A stretch of DNA of 64,000 nt, from NCBI GenBank assembly GCA_002309015.1, contig DBWM01000043.1, positions 19,411-83,410 on the forward strand, written 5' to 3'. Shown in pieces: positions 36,844 through 46,787 of this stretch (positions are counted from its first letter, which is position 1; the number at the start of each line of letters is the position of its first letter). This stretch comes from Myxococcales bacterium UBA1238. Its GTDB lineage: Bacteria > Myxococcota_A > Bradymonadia > UBA7976 > UBA1532. Both the position numbers and the translations under genes were made by a program. Under the pieces are notes generated by a model. The model was not told where the DNA came from, made no database searches, and saw only the letters and a program-made list of their open reading frames with translations.

Positions 36844-39800
36844 ATGAATAAAATCGCTATCTTTCTGGGCCTTTTTTTGATGGTGCCGTGGTTTGCCCTG
36901 GCCAAACAAGAAGGTTCGGCCTCGATCAATGGGACGAATCCGGATCCACAGCACGGCGGACTGTTCGGCCTGGCCAAAAATCAATGGATTAAAGTCGATA
37001 TTAAAAATGCGGGCGAGTACCTGCGCGTTTGCAGCAGCGACGATGTGACGGCAAGCGACTTAACGTCAACCCGCAACGGTGCCGAAATTTTGGTGCAAGC
37101 GCCCAGCGCGCCGTATTGCAGTGCGGATTCCGACTGTGCCGATGGGCAATATTGCCATGATCCCGTTGACGGCGAGCAATGGCGATCTTCGGGCGGGGAG
37201 AAAAAAGGGCGATGCATGCGTCGCATTGGGGTTGCAGCCCCCAGCGATAATAACGGCACGGTTCGTGGGTATTGCGATGCGCAGACTCCGAATATCACCT
37301 CGCGTTACAGGGAAGTTTTCACAGATGAAGCCGGTACCTGGCTGGTCAACTTTGTGGGGACGAGTTGCATGACAACGACGACCACCAACGAAGATGATCA
37401 AACCATTACCACTTGCGTAGAGGAGAAAACAAAATACACCGATTATTTTGATATCAATATCACCACTCAGATGGGTGATCTGTCAGGTGTTTCCGATGGC
37501 CGTATTCATATGACCGATTGGCATCTCGTGTTGCGTGACTATTATCAGCATCAGCTCGCTCCTCAGGAATGGGGTTGCAGCTTTCTTGAGACCAACACGA
37601 ACAAGAAATATAGTTTTTCGGGCGGTTTTTTTGTCAAAATTGAGAGCGTAAAAGAGGTTTATAAGATCCAATTCAACAATCTTTATAACGATGAATATCA
37701 CATCATTGCCAATCGGGCAGGCATTCCGGGGTTCAGTCATGCAGATGCCTGTTTATATGGCACGGAGAAGGTGAATCTGGACGAGAAATGCAGAGAAACG
37801 GGTACACCCATCGAATTGGTGGGGGAGTATGAGCTCTATTTAAATCAACCTACATTTTTGCAAACGGACGAGACGGATGATTATCCGGATCAATATGTAA
37901 AACTGATGCTCGTTCAGGATGATATCCCCACTGAAAGCCAGGATGGCACAAAAAACCTTTTCCAATTGAGTTATTCAGAGTTATCTCCCTGCGATTTTGA
38001 TATCACTTCTGATGAATTTAGACACACTGGCGAGTTTCAGGGTTATCTCAACGAGGGTGAACCGATTGATGACTATAATGCCTGCATCGAAAACGAGCAG
38101 AAGCTGATCCCTTATGGTGATGGTTACATTTCACCCAATGGCGATGGCAGGCAGGACAGCGCATATTTCATCTTCAAGAGCAAATATGATGCGACCGCTG
38201 AAGTGATTATTAATACCAATAACAAGTCTGGTTTTGAATTATTTAATGATCGGGTTTTGCGCACTTCCCTTAAATCGGGATGGAGTTATGTGGAATGGGA
38301 TGGCAAGGGGGTTGTAGATACAGCACTCCCCGACAGCAACTACTTGTTCCAGGTGAAGATTTATCCTGCCGAAATCCATGTACCGCTTTCTACTCGTATA
38401 TGTGGATCTGTTAAGATTTCATTGGTGCAGGGGCACAGCTATACGCCGCGTATGTTTTGGAATTCTTCAGGTAACTTAGCAGGGTATAGTTTTGGCCTGG
38501 AGAGATCGGGGTTTGCTTCTTTTGAGGCATCGAGGCCCATGATTTATGACATGTGGATCGATGGAACGGATCATATTAAAAGCAATCAAACAGCAGACAA
38601 TAGCAATGTACAGCATCAATGCTTCGATGATCAGCGCTTAAGTTGTATCCAGGAAGTGAAGACCAGTTTTTATAAGGGTATAGAAGCGAGCAACGGAGGG
38701 AAAGGAAACTACCTGCTCCCCTCAAGCTCGATATGGGTCTATTGCAGCGATACTCCTTCGACGAATCCGACTGTCGACTGCCATGATCGAAAGCTGGATA
38801 CAGATAGAGATGGTATTCCAGATGAGATTGAGATGGCTCATGAATGTCTGCAGTGGGATAACGCTGACAGCGACGGTGATGGCATTCGCGATGGGGATGA
38901 AGACCGGAATCACGATGGCGTGGTTGATGACCAGGAGTCCAATCCATGCAATACAGACAGCGATGGTGACTCGCTCCCCGATAACCTTGAAGACCAGGAT
39001 GGGGATGGTATTTGTGATCCCGGGGAAACCTGTGCGTATTTAAAGGATACAGATGGAGATGGGGTGCGCGATGATGTGGAGCTCAATGAGACGCATACCA
39101 GTCCCACCAACGCCGATACGGATGGGGATGGGGTGTCTGATGGTGAGGAGCTTTGTATAGGGGTTCTTCAGGAACGCTGCACGAATACCGATCCCTTTGC
39201 CGCAGATACCGACTGTGATGGTATCCCTGATGGCGTAGAAGTTTATGGAACAGAGCTGGAAACCTGCGAACAGGGTCTTTGCCCTCACGGGATTTGTGCT
39301 GCTTATATGAGATTAAATCTCGATGATGCGATCAACGCCGAATACACGCCCGGTTGCGTCTATGATCCTACCGTGCTCGATTACATCGACGGCAACGGCC
39401 GTTACAAAGAGCGCTATTTCTGCATTTGCGTGCCTAAATACGGTGATGATCCGCATAGTTGCTCTCCTGTACATCAGACAGATCCCAATAATCCTGACAG
39501 TGACGGTGATGGGTTAATAGATGGCAAGGAAGATGTAAACAGTAATGGCCGGGTTGATGAGCGCGAAACCGATCCGACGGCTGTCGATACAGATCGCGAT
39601 GGGATCCCCGATAATGACGAGATCAAGGGTACCTTTGGTTATAAGACCGATCCATCAAATCCTGATACCGACGGCGATGGGCTTCCCGATGGTTTTGAGC
39701 TGAATATCGGACTGGATGTGATAGGTGGAACCCATGTCCGGAATGTTTCTGGCCGATGGGTGCGACTCGATGCCCAGGGACATGAACTCGGCAGCGTCGT

Positions 39801-41583
39801 TACGAACCCCCTAAAAGAGGATTCCGATAACGATGGCTTACAGGATGGGACTGAATGGGGCTATGGTCCGCTAGTCTTCGATGAGCAGGGGCGTTGGATC
39901 TTGTCCGTTGTCGATGGCGGAAATATGCTCCAGGAGAATGGAAGCAGAACCAAAGTAAACATCACTGATCCGACGAACCCTGACAGTGACAGAGATGGCC
40001 TGCTCGATGGCAGAGATGCGTTCGGTCGCGGTGAAGATCTGAATTTAAATGGCATTTGGGAGGGCGATACTGAAACAGATCCCACCAAGTTGGATACGGA
40101 TGGGGGCGGTGAAAGCGATGGCAGCGAATCCAGAGCAGGCCGAAATCCCTTGTATGGCCATGCGGACGATGACATCGCGGATTTGCTCGATACCGATGGC
40201 GATGGCATTGCGGACGAGGATGAAGATAAAACTTACGCATCGCAGTTCCCTTGCTTGGACAGCGGCAATCCCGATTCAGACGGCGACAGCATTCTCGATG
40301 GCGTGGAACTTTTAAGCGGCACCAATCCTTGCAAAGCCGATACCGATGGCGATGGATTGATGGATGGCGAAGAAGATGAAAATCATAATGGTATTCAGGA
40401 CTTAGACGAAACCGATCCTCGCAGGGCCGATACGGACGAAGATGGAGCGCCGGATGGCGTTGAGTTGGAATGGCATACGGATCCGCTGCTTGCAGATACA
40501 GATGGCGATGGCATTCCGGATGGTCTGGAGCTCCATTTCTCGGCGGTTTGTAAAACGATTTCTTTTGAGATCGGTGCACCTACCTGTTCTCATCCGGGTG
40601 TGAAAGGATCTCAGACAGTCGGAATCGATTCCGATGGCGATGGCATTTTGGATGGCGCTGAAGATCGCAATCATAATGGCATTTGGGATGAAGGAGAATT
40701 GCATCCCATGCTGGCCGACACCGATGGCGATGGATTGTCTGACGCTCAGGAAGACAAAAACATGAATGGCCGGTTTGACATCGATAATGACGAAACCGAT
40801 GGTACCAAGAGAGATACGGATGGTGGCGGTGAAGATGACAAGTCGGAACTTGAGATTAAAAACATGTGTATTTACAACGACTTCAGGCCAACTTCCCGCA
40901 ATCCTATCGATCCGGCAGACGATGATTCCGATCACGATTGCGTTCAGAATCGAATTGAACTCAATCATCAATGCATGAAGTTCGATGTGGCCGATTCCGA
41001 CGGCGACGGCCTGATGGATGGCGAGGAAGATAAAAATGGTAATGGCAAGGTGGATGTGGGAGAGACCGATCCCTGCTCGCCGGATACCGACGGTGATGGC
41101 TTAAGAGACGGCGAAGAAGATAAAAATCACAACGGTAAGGTGGATGAGGATGAGACCGATCCCCTGTCTTCTGATACCGATGATGATGGTATCAACGATT
41201 ACATTGAAACCATGCATGCTTGTTTGGATCAGACCAATCGCGATACAGACGGTGATGGCTTGCTGGATGGTGTTGAAGACAAGAATCATAATGGCAGAGT
41301 CGATGAAGGTGAGACGGATCCCTGCAAGCTGGATTCGGATGACGATGGCATCGATGACGGCAAAGAGATCGCGATGGGCACCGATCCCACGAATCCCGAT
41401 TCCGATGGCGATGGCCTGAATGATGGCGAAGATCCCGAGCCCCTGGTGCCCTTGCCCGAGATTCCGCCTGCAGCGGTCCATGGTACGAATACATGCGCGA
41501 TGTCTCATCAGCCTGCTTCGGCGCTGTGGGTTCTGGGCCTGCTCGGTCTCTGCGCGCTGCGTCGCAGGCGTCAATCCCGTTAA
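36844..41583 (+). CDS. Giant secreted/cell-surface Ca-binding protein: novel N-terminal region, FlgD-Ig-like segment, dozens of TSP3 repeats and a MYXO-CTERM-like anchor
   Basis: Signal peptide MNKIAIFLGLFLMVPWFALA from ATG 36844; the track ORF starts at 36739. The DxDxDGxxDxxE loop repeats through the C-terminal ~900 aa. The C-terminus reads CAMSHQPASALWVLGLLGLCALRRRRQSR. Confidence 0.8.
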   Translation: MNKIAIFLGLFLMVPWFALAKQEGSASINGTNPDPQHGGLFGLAKNQWIKVDIKNAGEYLRVCSSDDVTASDLTSTRNGAEILVQAPSAPYCSADSDCADGQYCHDPVDGEQWRSSGGEKKGRCMRRIGVAAPSDNNGTVRGYCDAQTPNITSRYREVFTDEAGTWLVNFVGTSCMTTTTTNEDDQTITTCVEEKTKYTDYFDINITTQMGDLSGVSDGRIHMTDWHLVLRDYYQHQLAPQEWGCSFLETNTNKKYSFSGGFFVKIESVKEVYKIQFNNLYNDEYHIIANRAGIPGFSHADACLYGTEKVNLDEKCRETGTPIELVGEYELYLNQPTFLQTDETDDYPDQYVKLMLVQDDIPTESQDGTKNLFQLSYSELSPCDFDITSDEFRHTGEFQGYLNEGEPIDDYNACIENEQKLIPYGDGYISPNGDGRQDSAYFIFKSKYDATAEVIINTNNKSGFELFNDRVLRTSLKSGWSYVEWDGKGVVDTALPDSNYLFQVKIYPAEIHVPLSTRICGSVKISLVQGHSYTPRMFWNSSGNLAGYSFGLERSGFASFEASRPMIYDMWIDGTDHIKSNQTADNSNVQHQCFDDQRLSCIQEVKTSFYKGIEASNGGKGNYLLPSSSIWVYCSDTPSTNPTVDCHDRKLDTDRDGIPDEIEMAHECLQWDNADSDGDGIRDGDEDRNHDGVVDDQESNPCNTDSDGDSLPDNLEDQDGDGICDPGETCAYLKDTDGDGVRDDVELNETHTSPTNADTDGDGVSDGEELCIGVLQERCTNTDPFAADTDCDGIPDGVEVYGTELETCEQGLCPHGICAAYMRLNLDDAINAEYTPGCVYDPTVLDYIDGNGRYKERYFCICVPKYGDDPHSCSPVHQTDPNNPDSDGDGLIDGKEDVNSNGRVDERETDPTAVDTDRDGIPDNDEIKGTFGYKTDPSNPDTDGDGLPDGFELNIGLDVIGGTHVRNVSGRWVRLDAQGHELGSVVTNPLKEDSDNDGLQDGTEWGYGPLVFDEQGRWILSVVDGGNMLQENGSRTKVNITDPTNPDSDRDGLLDGRDAFGRGEDLNLNGIWEGDTETDPTKLDTDGGGESDGSESRAGRNPLYGHADDDIADLLDTDGDGIADEDEDKTYASQFPCLDSGNPDSDGDSILDGVELLSGTNPCKADTDGDGLMDGEEDENHNGIQDLDETDPRRADTDEDGAPDGVELEWHTDPLLADTDGDGIPDGLELHFSAVCKTISFEIGAPTCSHPGVKGSQTVGIDSDGDGILDGAEDRNHNGIWDEGELHPMLADTDGDGLSDAQEDKNMNGRFDIDNDETDGTKRDTDGGGEDDKSELEIKNMCIYNDFRPTSRNPIDPADDDSDHDCVQNRIELNHQCMKFDVADSDGDGLMDGEEDKNGNGKVDVGETDPCSPDTDGDGLRDGEEDKNHNGKVDEDETDPLSSDTDDDGINDYIETMHACLDQTNRDTDGDGLLDGVEDKNHNGRVDEGETDPCKLDSDDDGIDDGKEIAMGTDPTNPDSDGDGLNDGEDPEPLVPLPEIPPAAVHGTNTCAMSHQPASALWVLGLLGLCALRRRRQSR

Positions 41584-41659
41584 TCCGGCCTCTTTCCTTT
41601 CCTGATTTCAATCACATAGACCAAAAGATCTCCCTTTGAACACAGAGAGGATGTCTCCG

Positions 41660-43681
41660 ATGACAGAAGAGCATTCAAATGCATTGGTGTGGCAGGCGCG
41701 TCCTACGGAGGATGTGTTGCAGGAACTGTTGCCTGCGGAGATGGCTGCCGAGGAAGCGAGCGCTTTGGCGGACGAGTTGCCCGAAATCCGCCGTCGTTTT
41801 GAAGGGGGCCCCGAGCTCGTGCGGCGCAATCTCTCGGAGATGACCACGTTCCTTCGCGCGTCGGAGGCGGATGTGGGGCGCATGATGGGTCGCGGCTTCT
41901 TCCGCAACATGTGGTCCCGGCTGACGGGGCGGCAGGCGCGCGATGAGATGGAGGTGCGCCAGAATCTGACGCGGGTGCAGGCGCGGGCGCTTTGTGTGAC
42001 CGAGCGTCTGCTCGAGCGCCAGGAGTATCTGGAGCAGGCTACGCGATTTGTGGGTGCGCGCATCGAACTGCTTTCGATGGAGAACCTGAAGCTGAAGGCG
42101 GCCCTCGTGCGTTTGGGGCAGCGCATCTTTGATCGCGTTGAAAGCCTTGAGGATCGCGTCAGCCGTCTGGAGCAGCGGAGCGACAGCCTGGAGCGGCGGG
42201 TCTCGCTTTCGGAGTTCTTCCAGAGCGGATTTTCGGTGAGCGCGCAGCTGCCCTATGAGCGCATCAGCGATCCCCTCGAGCGCGTCCTTCGGCTCACGAT
42301 GGATTTCTCGAAGGCGGCGGGCGGCGAATGGCGGCCCATCGATTTTTATCGCCTCGAGAAGATGGCGCTGAGCGAGGCCCGGGTGACCGACGAATTGCAG
42401 TTTTCGATCTCGGAACTGGTCGATCGCGCGGCGAATCTGCGCGACAAAAAGCTGCTCGAATGGCTGTCTGCGGGCTCGCTGCAGGAGCGCCTGATGGCTC
42501 CGCCCGACGAATCTTCAGACGATGCGCGCAGTTTTTATCCCCTCCATTTCCTGTTTCAGCGCCCCCATTGGTTTGTGAAGCAGGGGCTGCCCCGGGCGGG
42601 GCTTCAGATGATCGCGGTCGAGATCGGGCAATACGGCCTCGATCCCGACGAGCGCCTGGGGCTTTGGCAGATCGCGCAGCTGCTTCTGGAGGAGCGGCTG
42701 GCCTGGTCGATGGAGTCGGGTGAGCTGCTCGCGGCGCAGGCCAAAAAGGAGGCGTTGCCTTCACCTCAGTCCCTCGATCTCGGCGTCTATACGTTGCGAT
42801 CGCTGCCGGTGGGCGATGTGGCGGTGCAGGATCTCTATCTCGTGGCCGATGAGCTCCTGGTTTTAGGCTGGATGCGCAGGGGCGCGGAGCTTTGTCTCAT
42901 GCATTTCACGCCCGATGGCTTTAAGCGCATCTCAAGGCAGCCCAATTGGAATCGCGCCGCGAAGCTCGTTGTAGGCGGCAACAGCTTATGGACCCTGAGC
43001 GCCGATCGCCGCGGGGCAGACGGCTGGATTTTCGATCGGCAGAACCCCGTGGATCCCTGGAGCTGGCGGAGCATTACGCTGCCTTCGGTGGGGGGCATCG
43101 ATGGATTGGCGGCAAAAGGCGCTGCGGTCGTGGGCTGGCGCATGAATCGCGTCTATTTGCGCGACGCCAAAGGCAATTTCTTCGATCACCCCGTCCCCCG
43201 GCGCGTGGTCGACTGCGCGATTTACGGCGGCGGCCTCTATATTCTCGACGAATCGGAGCTCTACGACTGGCGCCCTTCGAGCGATCTCTTCGCCCCCATC
43301 GCGCGCCTGACCGACGGCTTCATGGGTCAGCGCGTAGAGACGAGCGAATCCGGAAAGACGGCCCTCATACAGGCCCGCGATCGCCAGGGCTGCGAGGCCT
43401 TGATCGCGGTGAAGCCCAATCCGATGGGCGAAGCGGAGCAAAACCGCCAGTTTTTCCAGGATAAACTCGAGACTTTTGCGATGGCCGACGACGATCACGC
43501 GGTGGTCCAGACGGCGGACGGTCATCTTTGGCGCTTCAGCCAGGTTCCAAGCGAAGAGCGCATCTCAGCCCTCGCGCCCGCAGGGCATGAACGCCTCGAA
43601 CTCTTAGCCTGCGACGGTGCAGGCCATTTTGCCGGCCTCGATCGCGCCGAAGGCATCATTCACGTCTTCCTTTGCCGCTGA
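41660..43681 (+). CDS. Hypothetical protein: N-terminal coiled coil plus beta-rich C-terminal domain
   Basis: The track ORF is 41636..43681. ATG 41660 lies 9 nt after GAGAGG. Heptad-like repeats (LEDRVSRLEQRSDSLERRVS). No signal peptide and no family motif recognised. Confidence 0.6.
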   Translation: MTEEHSNALVWQARPTEDVLQELLPAEMAAEEASALADELPEIRRRFEGGPELVRRNLSEMTTFLRASEADVGRMMGRGFFRNMWSRLTGRQARDEMEVRQNLTRVQARALCVTERLLERQEYLEQATRFVGARIELLSMENLKLKAALVRLGQRIFDRVESLEDRVSRLEQRSDSLERRVSLSEFFQSGFSVSAQLPYERISDPLERVLRLTMDFSKAAGGEWRPIDFYRLEKMALSEARVTDELQFSISELVDRAANLRDKKLLEWLSAGSLQERLMAPPDESSDDARSFYPLHFLFQRPHWFVKQGLPRAGLQMIAVEIGQYGLDPDERLGLWQIAQLLLEERLAWSMESGELLAAQAKKEALPSPQSLDLGVYTLRSLPVGDVAVQDLYLVADELLVLGWMRRGAELCLMHFTPDGFKRISRQPNWNRAAKLVVGGNSLWTLSADRRGADGWIFDRQNPVDPWSWRSITLPSVGGIDGLAAKGAAVVGWRMNRVYLRDAKGNFFDHPVPRRVVDCAIYGGGLYILDESELYDWRPSSDLFAPIARLTDGFMGQRVETSESGKTALIQARDRQGCEALIAVKPNPMGEAEQNRQFFQDKLETFAMADDDHAVVQTADGHLWRFSQVPSEERISALAPAGHERLELLACDGAGHFAGLDRAEGIIHVFLCR

Positions 43682-44129
43682 ATTCCAGGCGCTCCCTCCA
43701 AAACTCAGCTTCAAATCCTCAAAATCCCGCAACCTTTCACCCGATCTGAAGTGATCAGGCGTGCCGATCCATATTTGCGCGCATGACTCTGATGTAAAGT
43801 TATCAAATACGGTATGCAGATGCATCGATCGATCATTGATGTTACAGAATACGAAATACCGAAACTTTACATTACGGTATTGGGTTAAAATATGGAACGC
43901 CTGAATCTTTCAGATATGTATTGAAGCAAAATACGACAATCTATGCGCTGATCCCTAATGTTGATCAAAATGCATACCGTATAACGGCCGTTTTCAGCTG
44001 TGCAGAAGACAAATCTACCCTATGCGCGCATTCGATCACGCATGTAAAAACTTCCCTTGCGCTGAAGTCAGATCGGATCAGCGATGCAGAGGTGAAGAAT
44101 AGGGGATGGGCGCTTGTTTGAGGCGGGGT

Positions 44130-46787
44130 TTACGCGTTGAGCGACTTGGAGGCGACTTCAAACACGTTGGGCGAGAGGGAAGATGCGGAGAGGAGGCGTT
44201 CGAGCGCGGCCTTCATGAGGGCGCGGCGCCTGGGCTCGTAGCGCTGCCAGCGGTTTAAGGGCGAGAAGATCTGTGCGGCCATCTGGGGATTGATCGCATC
44301 GAGCCGCAATACGTGATCGACCAGGAACGCGTAGCCTTCGCCCGAAAGATCGTGGAAATTCGCGGGGTTATTGCGGCAGAAGTTGGCAATGAGCGCCCTG
44401 TTCTTGTTGGGATTCTCGCCGTCAAACAGCGGATGTTTGCAGAGGGCCTGAACGCGCGCCAGGCAATCTCTGCGGGGCATCTGCGCCTGAATCGAAAGCC
44501 ATTTGTCGACCACCAGGGGTTCGTGCTTCCATTGTTCGATGAAGGCGTCGAGGGCCTGATCGCATTCTGCGGACTCGGTTTGCGCCAATGCGGCGAGGGC
44601 CCCCAGCTGATCGGTCATGTTGTCTGCGGCCTTGAAGCGGGCGAGCGTATAGGCGAGGGCATCGGGGGTTGCGGTGCAGCAGATGTAGCTCAGGCAAACG
44701 TTGGCCAGGGATCGCTTGGCCATCTCGTGATCTTCGATAGAGAACTGCGCGCTTAAATTGCTCTCGTACAACTTCTTGAATTTGTTGTAGAATTTCTGCG
44801 CGAGGGCGCGCTTCAAATAGATGCGGGCGGTTCTGATGGCATCCGGATCCACATCTGTCAACTGATCGGCGATGTAACTCTCGCTCGGCAGCGTGAGCAC
44901 CAGGGCCTTTAGACCCTCATCGAGGGTCGGATCACCCAAAACCAGCTCAAATGCCTCTGCAAAAAGCGGATCCAGCGTCAGCTCCGCCCCGGATTCTGCG
45001 GCCTTCGTGAGGCGCTTTAAGATGTTCAGCGCGAGCGTCTGCCCTGCATCCCATCTGTTAAAGGGATCGCTGTCATGGCCCATCAAATAGACGAGCTCTT
45101 CGTCGCTGTAGGCGTACTGCACCTTCACCGGCGCCGAAAAGCCTCGTAAAAGCGAGGGGATAGGCGTGCCTTCCACATCTTCGAACACAAAGGTTTCTAC
45201 GGGTTTCGTCAGCTCCAGAATGCGCGATGTGCCCTGGGCTGAGGCTTCTCCCTGCAGGCGCAGCGGGATCTCGAGGCGACCTTCCACATCGTGGATCGCG
45301 AGCGCAAATGGGATGTGATAAGGCTTCTTTTCGGCGCATTCCGGCGTGGGCGCACAGCTTTGCTCGAAGGTGAGGGTGGCGCGCTTCTGGCCGGGATCGT
45401 AGTCCATCTTCACGTCGACCACGGGGGTTCCCGCCTGGCAATACCAGTTCATAAACTGCGTAAAGTCGCGTCCGCTCACGCGCGCCATGCAGCCTACAAA
45501 ATCCTCGATGGTGACCGCCTGCCCGTCGAAGGTCTTAAAGTAAAGATCGGTGCCTTTGCGGAAGGTTTCCCTGCCGAGCAGCGTGGAGATCATGCGCACC
45601 ACCTCGGCACCCTTGTTGTAGACGGTCTGCGTGTAGAAGTTGTTGATTTCTATATAGGAACTGGGCCGTACGGGGTGAGCGAGCGGGCCTGCATCCTCGG
45701 CAAACTGCCGGTTTCTCAGGAGCGCGATGTCCTGAATGCGCTTCACAATGCCGCCACCCATCGCTTCGCTGAAGCTCTGATCGCGAAACACCGTAAAGCC
45801 TTCCTTCAGGCTCAGCTGGAACCAGTCGCGGCATGTGACCCTGTCGCCCGACCAGTTGTGAAAATACTCATGCCCGATCACATTCTCGATGTGCGAGAAG
45901 TCAAAATCCGTTGCCGTAGCCTGACTTGCGAGCACCAATGAGGAGTTGAAGATGTTGAGCCCCTTGTTCTCCATGGCGCCCTGATTGAAGTCCGACACCG
46001 CTACGATCATGAAGAGATCGAGATCGTATTCGCGGCCGTAAGCTTCCTCGTCCCAGCGCATCGCGCGCTTCAGCGACCGCATCGCGTGGTCGCATTTGGG
46101 CAAATCCGGCTCGCGAACATAGATGCGCAGGGTCACATCGCGCCCCGAGCATGTGGTGAAGTGATCCTCAAGGCATTTGAGCTGCCCCGCCACCAACGCA
46201 AAAAGATAGCTCGGCTTCGGGAACGGATCCTGCCAGCAAGCCAGATGACGACCGTTCGGTAAGTCTTCGGATTTAATCAGGTTTCCGTTCGAAAGCAGCA
46301 CCGGGTAGAGGGCTTTGTCGGCCTCAATCTGCGTCTCATAGCGCGCCATCACATCGGGGCGATCGGGGTAGTAAGTGATGCGCCTGAAGCCGTGCGGCTC
46401 GCATTGCGTGCAGAAGCTGTTGTTCGACTTGTAGAGTCCCTCGAGGGTCTTGTTGTTTTGCGGATAGATTCGGGTGATGACTTCGAGCTGAAACTGCTCG
46501 GGCAACCGGTCCAGAATGAGCGCGTCTTCCACGCGATAGAGCGATTCAGGGTAAGGCTGGCCGTCGAGCTTGAGCGAGAGCAATTCGAGTTCATCGCCTT
46601 CCAGACGCAGCGGCGTGTTGGGATCGAGGCCTTCCCGGCGGTGCATGTCGAGGGTGGATGTGACGATTGTAAAATCTTCGTTGAGATTGATGTAAAGCTT
46701 GACTTGCCGAACAAGGTACGCGGGGGGCTGATAGTCGGCCAGCCGAATGGTTTGAGGAAGGCTTTGATTCATCGTTTCACCAGTCAC
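44130..46787 (-). CDS. pepN: Aminopeptidase N (M1 family)
   Basis: 885 aa with GAMENKGLNIF, HEYFHNWSGDRVT and WFQLSLKEGFTVF (HExxH-x18-E). The start may instead be ATG 46772 (MNQSLPQ). Confidence 0.9.
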   Translation of the reverse strand: MTGETMNQSLPQTIRLADYQPPAYLVRQVKLYINLNEDFTIVTSTLDMHRREGLDPNTPLRLEGDELELLSLKLDGQPYPESLYRVEDALILDRLPEQFQLEVITRIYPQNNKTLEGLYKSNNSFCTQCEPHGFRRITYYPDRPDVMARYETQIEADKALYPVLLSNGNLIKSEDLPNGRHLACWQDPFPKPSYLFALVAGQLKCLEDHFTTCSGRDVTLRIYVREPDLPKCDHAMRSLKRAMRWDEEAYGREYDLDLFMIVAVSDFNQGAMENKGLNIFNSSLVLASQATATDFDFSHIENVIGHEYFHNWSGDRVTCRDWFQLSLKEGFTVFRDQSFSEAMGGGIVKRIQDIALLRNRQFAEDAGPLAHPVRPSSYIEINNFYTQTVYNKGAEVVRMISTLLGRETFRKGTDLYFKTFDGQAVTIEDFVGCMARVSGRDFTQFMNWYCQAGTPVVDVKMDYDPGQKRATLTFEQSCAPTPECAEKKPYHIPFALAIHDVEGRLEIPLRLQGEASAQGTSRILELTKPVETFVFEDVEGTPIPSLLRGFSAPVKVQYAYSDEELVYLMGHDSDPFNRWDAGQTLALNILKRLTKAAESGAELTLDPLFAEAFELVLGDPTLDEGLKALVLTLPSESYIADQLTDVDPDAIRTARIYLKRALAQKFYNKFKKLYESNLSAQFSIEDHEMAKRSLANVCLSYICCTATPDALAYTLARFKAADNMTDQLGALAALAQTESAECDQALDAFIEQWKHEPLVVDKWLSIQAQMPRRDCLARVQALCKHPLFDGENPNKNRALIANFCRNNPANFHDLSGEGYAFLVDHVLRLDAINPQMAAQIFSPLNRWQRYEPRRRALMKAALERLLSASSLSPNVFEVASKSLNA

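Noticed and set aside
39962-41574. Several 115-205-aa minus-strand ORFs (39962..40579, 40402..40971, 41101..41574, 41192..41611) inside the giant TSP3 gene
   Set aside because: They are antisense to Asp/Gly repeat codons, giving I/V/R/H-rich low-complexity translations. No starts with an RBS were seen, and the sense-strand frame is unbroken for 4.7 kb.
43921-44121. A 66-aa TTG-start ORF (and 43604..43825 on the minus strand) in the AT-rich island
   Set aside because: It has no RBS and atypical composition and codon usage. The minus-strand ORF mostly overlaps the end of the 673-aa gene. I treated the island as noncoding, although a small protein cannot be excluded without ribosome profiling.
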